33,295 bases of DNA from Chrysochromulina tobinii (lineage: Eukaryota). The notes below the pieces were generated by a model. The model had not been told where the DNA came from. It saw only the letters and a list, made by a program, of their open reading frames with translations, and ran no database searches. Location of the stretch: positions 1 through 33,295 of the forward strand of contig JWZX01003195.1 in the NCBI GenBank assembly GCA_001275005.1, given 5' to 3'. Shown piece by piece: positions 19,175 through 28,045 of the stretch (position 1 is the stretch's first letter; the number at the start of each line of letters is the position of its first letter). The position numbers and the translations under genes are program-made.

Positions 19175-21065
19175 ATGCGGAAGCACACTGCTTTCCCGAC
19201 ACCTCCGCCTGGATATAGGCTCACAGTCGTGAACGGGCTCTCGTTCGTCGTCGAAGCACGCTATACGCCGCTGAAGACGCTCGGATGCGGCGCGTATGGG
19301 GTCGTTTGCCGCCGCGGCGGTGGCCGGCGAGGAGGAGCACGTGGCCATCAAGAAGATGGGCGGCATCTTCGACGAGACCAAAGGCAGCTTGGGCGAGGCG
19401 AAGCGTGCGCTTCGTGAGCTGCTCCTGCTCCGCCACTTGCAGCATGACAACCTGCTCACGCTTCGACACGTGATGCTCCCGCCCCCCGACTGCGGCGACG
19501 TGTACATTGTCTCCGATCTGCTCGACTCAGACCTGTCGCGCGTGATTGCATCTCCAGAGGCGCTCTCGGAGGATCACGTGCGCTACTTCCTCTACCAGCT
19601 GCTCTGCGGAGTTCAATTCCTGCACTCGGCCAACGTCGTGCATCGTGACCTGAAGCCCTCGAACATCCTGGTCAACCGCGAATGCGACCTGCGCATCGCC
19701 GATTTTGGGCTCGCTCGCTCGCTCGACGAGAAAGTGGTTGAGCCGAGTGATCTCATGCCAGGGGTCTACGGCGAGAGCGGCAGCGTGGACAGCAGCAGCA
19801 GCAGCAGTGGGGGCGAGGGGGCAAGGGCGCCCGGGCTCGCGCCGAGCGCGCTGATGACGCAGTACGTGGTGACACGATGGTACCGCGCGCCCGAGCTCCT
19901 GCTGCTGTATGACAAGTACTCTCACGCAGTGGATATCTGGTCGGTCGGGTGCATCCTCGCTGAGCTGCTCGTGCGCAAGCCCCTCTTCCCGGGCCACAAC
20001 TTTAAGCACCAGCTCCAGCTGATCATCGACTTGGTGGGAAGTCCTCCTGCGGACAGCCTCGGCAAGGTCGATGCGCGGATCCAAGGTTTCGTGCGAATGT
20101 GGAGCGGCCGGCCGGCGCAGCCGCTCGCGACGGCGCTGCCCGCAGCCTCGGCTGAGGCGCTTAGCTTGCTTGAGCATCTCCTTCAGTTTCAGCCGCAGGA
20201 TCGCATCGCCGCCGACGGCGCGCTCCGACACAGCTACCTTGACCAGTTTGCGGACGAGGACGGCTCGCTCCAAGCTGACCCGCCCATCACAGCGCTCCTA
20301 GCTTACCCGCCCATAACGGCGCTCCCAGCTGACCCGCCCATAACGGCGCTCCCAGCTGACCCGCCCACCACGGCGCTCCCAGCTGACCCGCCCACCACGG
20401 CGCTCCTAGCTGACCTGCCCATAACGGCGCTCCCAGCTGGCCCACCACCCTGCGCGGAACGGCCCATGGCGGGCGCTGTGACGGGCGCCATGATGGGCGC
20501 CGTGAGCGTCGGTGCGGTTGGCGACACGAGAGTCGAGACGGCCACGAACGGCCCGATCGCGCTACATAAGCTTGTGAGCATGGAAGGGGCCTCGGCACGT
20601 GCCATCCGGCGCAGCCTGAGCGAGATTGAGGATGCAACCCTCACCTGGCCCAAGTTGCGAGGGATGCTGCTCAGGGAGGTGGACTTCTGGGCACAGGTCA
20701 ACGGCGTGCCCAGCGCCGGCGCAGGCGGAAGCGGCGCGGGCGGAAGCGACGCAGCCGAGAAGTTGGGCGAAAGCCACGTGGCCAAGGAGGCTACGCCTCC
20801 TTGGGTGCAGCGTGACTCTAGCAGTTGTTCCTCTTGGGTTGGTGCGTGCCTAGGCGGCATCTCCCTAGCTTCGAGTCAAGCTTCGGGCTCACAAGGCGCC
20901 GCGCCGGGCTCGGGGCTCGACACACCAGGCGAGAGCGGCGTGGACTCGATGGTTGACGGGCGCCGTGGCGGTCTCTCCGGCAAGCGCGCAGCCTCGCTGC
21001 GGGAGCAAACGGGCAACGAGCCCGCGTTCAAGCGCAGCACCTCGGGCGATGATGACGGCTTATGA
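19175..21065 (+). CDS. Mitogen-activated protein kinase (CMGC) with TQY activation motif; apparent frameshift at about 19310
   Basis: LGCGAYGVVC in frame 19175, then VAIKK, KRALREL, HRDLKPSNIL, DFGLAR, MTQYVVTRWYRAPE, DIWSVGCI in frame 19296. Confidence 0.9.
20273..20443 (+). repeat. 27-nt minisatellite x6 (ADPPITALP) in the MAPK tail
   Basis: AGCTGACCCGCCCATAACGGCGCTCCC-type units every 27 nt. Confidence 0.95.
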
Positions 21066-21590
21066 TTTCATTATCATTCTGCGAGTGTGGGAACTCGAGA
21101 TTTAGGCTGGTTTGGCCTGAGTTTTGGTGCGATACAACAATTAATTGAAACAATGATCACACGACACCTTAACATGCTGTCTGGCCTAGGGCGGGGTGTA
21201 AGGGTTGGGGGGTTCGCCCCGCACGGGCGCAGCCCGAGCGGCAACCCCGCGACACCGGAACGCGGACGGGAGCGAATGAGCAATGACCCGCCGGCCGTAC
21301 TAATGCCGTGCGAGTTCTATCGGAAAACTAGAACCTATCGTCAAGTTTTCGGTATTATGGATGCTGCGCTGAACGGCGATAGCCGGCCATGTAGCCAGCG
21401 CAACTACTGGTACCATTCTCACTATCGCTGCGGCCCACTATCTCGCAGATCATATCTGGAGCAAACCCTACAACTCGAAGCTCGCACGATCCACTCGTAC
21501 GAGCCAATTCTAGATCGCATATCGGGTATTCAACGGAGACTATATCTCCGTACAACATAGCGAGGGAGCCAAGGTTCATCGCATTTCATC

Positions 21591-24327
21591 TCATGGCTCT
21601 GAAGGCTTACGGACTGGAGCGCGATAGCCGCTCTCCAGGTCGTCGGGTGACGCAAGTGAGTCTGGATCCACGTCGCCGCCATACATCGTGGCGGCCTGGG
21701 ACGGGTCGTATCTACTCGCACGTGGCGACGTCGTGGGCTGCGACGGCGTAGCCCGTGGTGAGGTGCGCAGAACGGCGGCGCTCGCACTCGGCCGCAGCGG
21801 CACTGCGCCGCCGTGGGCTCGCGGGGTCACGCTATGCGCGGGCGTCGTTGCTCCAATGCCAGCTCCTGAATCAACGCCGGCAGTCGCAGTGGTCAGCACG
21901 GACGGACTCCGCGCGGGCAGTGCTGCGTAGCTCATGCTGGTCTGTAATTTCGCAGGGCTCTGAGCAGGGCTCAGAGCCGCACCGCCTGCCGCAGCGAACT
22001 TGGCGGCCGAAGCTCCGGGAGGGAAGAGCCGGCGAATCGGGGGGTTGTAGCCCGCGGGCAGATCGTCATTCTCAATGCTGATGACAGTTCCGAGCACACT
22101 CTTTGATGCCGAAGCCGTCATACGCCTGCGATCCATTTCTGGCGAGCCGGATTCCACGTCAGCCTGCTGTGCTGCTCGAGCAGCATCTGCTCGAGCTGCT
22201 GCTGCTGCTAAGATGGCACCAGGATTTGGGATGCTGAGCGCCGGCACCGGCACTTTGGGCGTCGCGCCCGACTTGGGGATGTTGAGCGCCGGCACTTGAG
22301 ACGTCGCGGGCGAGCGAGCTGCTGCGGCGCTGGCGCCGGACTCTGGCGAGGCATACTGTGCAGGCTTCCGGATGCCCGTCTCGATGTCCTCCACGTCGTT
22401 GCTTGCCGCACCAGCGCGTGGCGTCATTGCCGGCGTCATTGCCGGTGTTTGCTTCTTTGACGACCCTGGAGTGCCCCATCCAATCTTTCTCATGATTGGA
22501 ATGCGCCCCGAAACGGCGTTCGTCAGGGTACCTGATACTGAGCGTGGCATTAAGCTGCTCACGAGCGCGGCGCCCGAGCTGAGCGCGCCCCCGCTCGGGC
22601 TCTTCTTGAGCTTCCGTGGGTCCGTCGGCTCCGAATTCCACTTGTCGTCAGATGAGGCGGCCACCTGCGCTTGGCTTACTTGAGCTTTCGTGGGTTCGTC
22701 GGCTCGGAAATCCAATTGTTTTCGGACAGAACTCGCTTTGTCCACCATCTTGCCAGCATCTTGCCACTTCCAGCGCGCATCATCGGCCTTCTGTTCAGCA
22801 GAGCGCTCGCTGGCAGAGACGACAATCTTCGCACGAGCTGGAGTCTCGATGAGGCCCTTGCCTTGCGCCTTTTTGGCGCTAACTACGAGTGCCATCGCCT
22901 TTCTCCGCTTCTGCTCGATATTGAGCAGCACGAAGCGCCTAGCCACCATGCGAACCAGGCAGCGATTGTACGCACGGCGCGTGCCGTTGATGACGGCAAG
23001 GGCTGTGGATCGTGGACAGATGCCGAGGTTGTGCAAGATGTAGGCCCGAGCGTAGACCTGGATGATGAGAGCGGCTTTTCGTCGCCTGATCCGTCTATAT
23101 TGTTGGACGCCCCTCTTGATGATCTTGACGGCTTTCGCAATTTTCTTTAGGACATTGTAGTTCCTGAAATTCCTCTTCCTCCGGAAGATGTTCTGGACGA
23201 GCGTCGCCGCGAATTCCCTTTTGCGCAATCTCTCATCCTCATCCGCCTCTCGCTTCGCCAGCTCCACGAGCGTTTCTTTGCTCAGCTCCACCTCCTCCTC
23301 GCGATCCCCGAACATCGCGCCAAAGACTCCCGAAACCCGATTCTGAGAGGGAGATGCGTCGCCGTCGCCGCCGCCGCCGACTTGTTGTTTGATTTGAGCG
23401 TCGAGGGATTTCAAGGCAGAATCGCGGCTGATGGATTCAACTGTGTTGAAGAGCGCGCCTGCCGCGAAGCGCTTGAGCTGCTGATGTGTTGTGGCTGCCG
23501 GCAGCAGGACGCCAAGGAGGGGAGCGCGCAAGGTCAGAAAGAGGCGGGAGGAGCGTGGGGGCGCTTGCTCCGATGCGCGCATCAAGCAAATCGAGCAACT
23601 GGGTGTGAACTGGCTATGGCACGGCCTTCGCACCTCGGACGATTCGTTCGAGCTCAGGGATCAGTTCAAAGGTTTTCACGAGCTTTGCGAATTCGACGTC
23701 CTTGCAGAGGTTCTGAAGGCAAGCACAAGCATATGTCTGCGCGACAACGTCGGCAGCAAAGACGAAGTCCTTTATGCGGTGGAAAATGTTCGCGTTGAAA
23801 ACTTGCCGCTTCGTCTCGCCCGACTTAGGATCGAACGCATCGGACGCGAGGTTGGCGAGGATCATGAGTCCGGTACGTTGCAGCTGCATGTCGCCCTCGA
23901 AGATGAGCTGCAGCACGTACGCAAGGCCGCGCCCCGCGCGCAAACTGATCCCAAGTTGCTCGGCAGCATCGCCAAACTCTTGGTTGACATACCTCGCCAG
24001 GGCCATTGCCGCTGCCCTGCGCTCCTCCAGTTTCGCTTGCTGCCGCGTGCCCTGGATGAACTCCTTCGTGACCTCCTCTGCGCGTACTCGGGCTTCTTCT
24101 AACTCCTGCGCCCTCATGGACACTTGCTGCTGAGGGACTATTCGACGTCGAACGTAATCCATGGCGGAGGAATATTCCGACGCGTCATTGCTGCTGCCAG
24201 GTTCGGACCCTTTTCTTCGGACCGAGCCTGTCGATGGTGGCCTGGTGGGGGCCCGTGCTGGGTCCACTTTGGGGGGGCTAATCTCCCCCACTTTGGCCCG
24301 CTTCTTGCTACCCAAGAGACGGAGCAT
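21591..24327 (-). CDS. ARM-repeat plus IQ-motif protein with disordered tail; 2 exons (24327-23634, 23494-21591)
   Basis: ARM-like helices (LQRTGLMILANLAS, AQTYACACLQNL, LKRFAAGALFN) and IQ-like motifs (AATLVQNIFRRKR, KAALIIQVYARAY). A GTGCGA...GGCAG intron at 23633-23495 joins the two ORFs in frame. Confidence 0.75.
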
Positions 24328-24892
24328 CCGCCCCCGAGGCCTTCGCCCCGCCCCACGGGCGGCTGGCTCTCCTCAAGCGCGGGCCGGCGACGCCACTGCG
24401 CGTGTGCGCAATGCCTGCGCGCACTGCCAGTTCTGAAACTGACTTCTCGCTGCGCGCTTACCATCGCCGTACGAAACGGAAAGGCGCGCGCCTGAAACGT
24501 TCTGTGAATAACTCCGAGGATGGCATTTTGTCCTTTCGCCTAGGATGGCCCGGTACTTTGTGTCCGTTGTCTTTCTACAGACAGACACGGAGACAGAGTG
24601 ACAGACTATACAGTAACGGGTCTAACAGTCACTTTCACTGGTCACGGTTTACGATCCCGGCACGCACGCACGACCGCGCGGTCCCCGCGGAGACACTTCG
24701 CGGAGGGCGCAGCGCAGTCCGCGACTTGGACACAAGAGAGGATGAGGGCGGGTGTCAAGGAGGGGTAGAGACAGACAGCTGGGCCAGTTGCGGATAGCGG
24801 ATTTACATGTACTTGAGGATTCCAATCGAATCCAATCATTGGGCCTGGTCACCGCGCCCCTGCCCTCGACTTTGTAATCGCTTTCCACTGTT

Positions 24893-26032
24893 TCAGTCCC
24901 CTCGGACACATCTCCTGGCCTCTATCGGCGGAAACACGCCCTGTGCAATGTACGTGGCCACCTGCTCTCTCAGAGTTGCCGCGGTCAGCTGGGGGCACTT
25001 GTATGCGAAGCCGGTTGTCTCGATCTCGTGGCCATCGACGCACAGGTGGTTGTGCGCGAGAAGCTCGGCATCGATGTACGGCGTGAGGATAGTGTCGCCG
25101 ACGCCCGCAGCCTTGCACATGTCCTTCCACGCCACCATGTGCTTCTCGTTGAACTCTTCGGCCACGAACCTGAGCCCTAGAACAGTCATTGCGCAGCTGG
25201 CCATGTTGCCCGCGAAGCTCGTCGAGATGCCGAAGATCTCCTCAAGGACCGCGGCCAGGTGACCCTGCGACGCGTCCGTTGCGTCAGCGAGGTTGTACAC
25301 GGGCGCGGGCGATGCGAGCAAGCACACGTGCCAGCACGCCGCAGCCACGTCGCGCACGTGCACAGTGTTCGTCTTGAGCTTGCGGTCCCAAGCGAAGCGC
25401 ATCTTCTCACCTAGGTACTTGTAGACGGCCGCGCAGAGAATGCGGGGAGAGAGGCCATTCACGTCTCCCGGACCATACATGCTCGCCGTCCGCAGCACCA
25501 CGAGCGGCAACCCGGGGATTTCGCGCAGGATCGACTCTGCTCGCAGCTTGAGAAGGGCCTGCTTTGTCCATGGCTTGAGCGTGGCCGACTCGGTCGAGGC
25601 TTTCTCACTCGAGTCGTACACTTGCGCCGTCGACAAGTCCACGAAACGCTTGACACCTTGCCTTTCGGCCGCCATGCCGCAGAGGGTCGCTACGTCCACG
25701 ATCCGTTGCTTGTACACATCGCCCTCGTGGCCATACGTGATGCTGTCGTAGGTAAGGTTGAAGACAACGTCGAAGCCGCCGCCCTCAAAGGCCTTGTCAA
25801 CGCCCGACTGCCGGGAGATATCCGCCTGCCGGTGCTCGACGGCCGGCGCCGTGAAAGCCTCCTTGAGGTCTGGAGAGAGGAGGGCCATTGCCGGAACGAG
25901 CTTGTCGACCACACGGATGCGGCTGACGCCTTGTTGCACGAGCAAAGCGACCAGGTGGCGACCCACAAAGCCACAGCCGCCGAGCAGCAGCACGGAGGGG
26001 CCAGAAGCAGGCGAGGGCGCGGATCCCGACAT
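24893..26032 (-). CDS. NAD-dependent epimerase/dehydratase family (extended SDR)
   Basis: LLGGCGFVGRHL, RFVDLSTAQVY, VVLRTASMYGPGD, NTVHVRDVAAA, VYNLAD. Confidence 0.9.
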   Translation of the reverse strand: MSGSAPSPASGPSVLLLGGCGFVGRHLVALLVQQGVSRIRVVDKLVPAMALLSPDLKEAFTAPAVEHRQADISRQSGVDKAFEGGGFDVVFNLTYDSITYGHEGDVYKQRIVDVATLCGMAAERQGVKRFVDLSTAQVYDSSEKASTESATLKPWTKQALLKLRAESILREIPGLPLVVLRTASMYGPGDVNGLSPRILCAAVYKYLGEKMRFAWDRKLKTNTVHVRDVAAACWHVCLLASPAPVYNLADATDASQGHLAAVLEEIFGISTSFAGNMASCAMTVLGLRFVAEEFNEKHMVAWKDMCKAAGVGDTILTPYIDAELLAHNHLCVDGHEIETTGFAYKCPQLTAATLREQVATYIAQGVFPPIEARRCVRGD

Positions 26033-26369
26033 TGCGCGATGGTCAGCGAATCAGTATACGGCGGACGCTACGGGGCCATCGTCGCACTTCACGCGGCTTC
26101 CGCCCGCCCGCGATGCGCGCACTTCGCGTGTCGGCTTGCACCAATACGGCAACTCCTCGGACCAAGTTTCACTTTCGACGTCTAAGCGTTGTTCCGGTAA
26201 ATCGACGGTTATAAACAAATGACAAGTCGGTGCACGGTGATAAATCGCCTTAACGCTCGCAAGAACCTCCACCGTGACCTTCACCGGTTCATGCGATTGA
26301 TTATTGCGTCGTCTGAGATTGAGGATTATTTGCGAATGGGAATGCCCGCGGCCGCCCCGTTGCGAACGC

Positions 26370-27911
26370 TCACGCGATGCGCTGCCTCCGCCGCGGGCTG
26401 CTCGAGTACAGGTTGAGGTCCTCCTCAGAGATCTTAGTGCCGCAGAACCAGCTGCGCGAGTGCGCCTGCCAGAGCTGCTTTATGGGCGTAAGCAGCGCCT
26501 CGCGCAACGTCTCTTGCATTGGGCGCTCGCCGCGCTCTTCGCACAGGTGGTCGTCGCGCACGTCCAGCGTGGAGAGCACGTGCTGCAGGTCGAGCAACTG
26601 CTGCATGAGCTGGCCCGACTCGATATCGAAGCCTCCCTGTGCCAGCACGCTGGCCGTCGCGCGCTGCACGTGCCGTCGCAGCGCCGACTCGATGCGTGGG
26701 TGGCACACGACAGCCTGCCGGAAGGCGGCATACCCCGCATGCAGCACCGAGGGCGTGTGCTGGTCCACGCGCTCTCTACAGCGCTCCGCCGCCAGGAGGC
26801 ACACGAGGTGCGTGCGGCACGTGCTCGCTGCGTGGTGCGCGAACGCGCCACACACGTGCGCGAGCCATCGCGAATAGGCGCGCCAGCTGTGCAGCAGGCG
26901 CACCAAGAGACGCTCGTCGGCCGAGGTGTCGTGCGCAGAGGCATGGGGGATCCCGATCGGGTTCCAGCGTGGCCTGCGAATGAGGGATCCCGATCGGGTT
27001 CCAGCGTGGCCTGCGAATGAGGGATCCCGATCGGGTTCCAGCGTGGCCTGCGAAGATGTCGAGGCGGTGGCGAATGACAAAGCGTATGCAGAGGCGGATG
27101 GGGAGGCGGAGGCGGATGGGGAGGCGGAGGCGGAGGCGACGGCGATGGCCTCGGATGCCGCATTCGAGGCGGCCAGATCCTCCAGGACCACAAATGCGTG
27201 TTGCTCGGAGCACTCGGTGAGGATCACGAGTACACACCTGTGGAGTAGGTGCCAATCGCGCGCGGCCAGAATGCTGCTGAGCTTGCGCGCCTGGGTGGGG
27301 TCGCGCTGGGTTGCATCGGGTGCCAGCAACGCCTCGAGCTTATCCCAGCCTTTCTGCAGGTAGGACCAAGAGTAGAGGTAGTCGGCCCTCGTGCGCGTGC
27401 ACCACTCTGCAAAGCGAGCGTAGCGAGGCTGCCGAGGTGCTAACGTCGCGCCACACGGCAGGCGCGGAGGCCGCTTAGGGTAGCGCGGGTGCGCACGCCA
27501 CGCGGCCGCCCAGTGTGCATCGGCTGACGCGGCCTCGCGCCAAGAGTGCGACACTGCTCGACTCACAACCAACTCGCGGGTCAAACCAGCTAACTGCGTG
27601 AGGACGGCGTACAGCACGTCGTCGGGCCACACGCCGCCGCCACGGAGCCACACAGCCGCGCCGCTGAGCTCCACGTGCTCCGACCCTGTGGAGTCGCCGC
27701 CATATTCCTGCACATCCTCTGCGATTCGTGGCACGTCCTCTTCCACCGACATGTTGTCTGTCGTGGGTGCTTCCGTCTCGCTGTCCAGGTCATCCAGGTC
27801 ATGCAAGAGCGCCTCGCGATCGTTGAGCAGTCCGCAGTTTGGTTCGTCACCACGAGGGCCTGATTGGAGGTCAGCCTTCCATGAAGGAAAGTCGAAAGAG
27901 ATTCGGATCAT
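26370..27911 (-). CDS. F-box protein fused to a cullin N-terminal-repeat-like region (start codon uncertain)
   Basis: F-box-like WPDDVLYAVLTQL...SRAVSHSWREAASADAHW. Cullin-like WSYLQKGWDKLEALL, DWHLLHRCV, LLHSWRAYSRWLAHVCGAF, PSVLHAGYAAFRQAVV. Confidence 0.65.
   Translation of the reverse strand: MIRISFDFPSWKADLQSGPRGDEPNCGLLNDREALLHDLDDLDSETEAPTTDNMSVEEDVPRIAEDVQEYGGDSTGSEHVELSGAAVWLRGGGVWPDDVLYAVLTQLAGLTRELVVSRAVSHSWREAASADAHWAAAWRAHPRYPKRPPRLPCGATLAPRQPRYARFAEWCTRTRADYLYSWSYLQKGWDKLEALLAPDATQRDPTQARKLSSILAARDWHLLHRCVLVILTECSEQHAFVVLEDLAASNAASEAIAVASASASPSASASPSASAYALSFATASTSSQATLEPDRDPSFAGHAGTRSGSLIRRPRWNPIGIPHASAHDTSADERLLVRLLHSWRAYSRWLAHVCGAFAHHAASTCRTHLVCLLAAERCRERVDQHTPSVLHAGYAAFRQAVVCHPRIESALRRHVQRATASVLAQGGFDIESGQLMQQLLDLQHVLSTLDVRDDHLCEERGERPMQETLREALLTPIKQLWQAHSRSWFCGTKISEEDLNLYSSSPRRRQRIA
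26947..27054. repeat. 37-nt tandem repeat x3 with internal palindromes, inside the F-box/cullin ORF
   Basis: GGGATCCCGATCGGGTTCCAGCGTGGCCTGCGAATGA at 26947, 26984 and 27021 (third copy 34 nt). Confidence 0.95.
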
Positions 27912-28045
27912 GCGCTTCCTGCACCCTCTCGCGCATGAACACCTCTCGTAAGGCACACACGCGCTTTTAAGGGAAGCTTTTTACAGAAGTGTGAATTGGC
28001 TGTTAATACTCCGCCTGGAGGATTTGTCTTTTTGCGTGCATCAAA

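Noticed and set aside
21187..21470. hAT-like TAGGG...CCCTA termini
   Set aside because: The match is only 5 bp and there is no flanking 8-bp duplication.
21087..21560. 157-aa ORF as a gene
   Set aside because: No recognisable motif, and composition is unlike the neighbouring genes.
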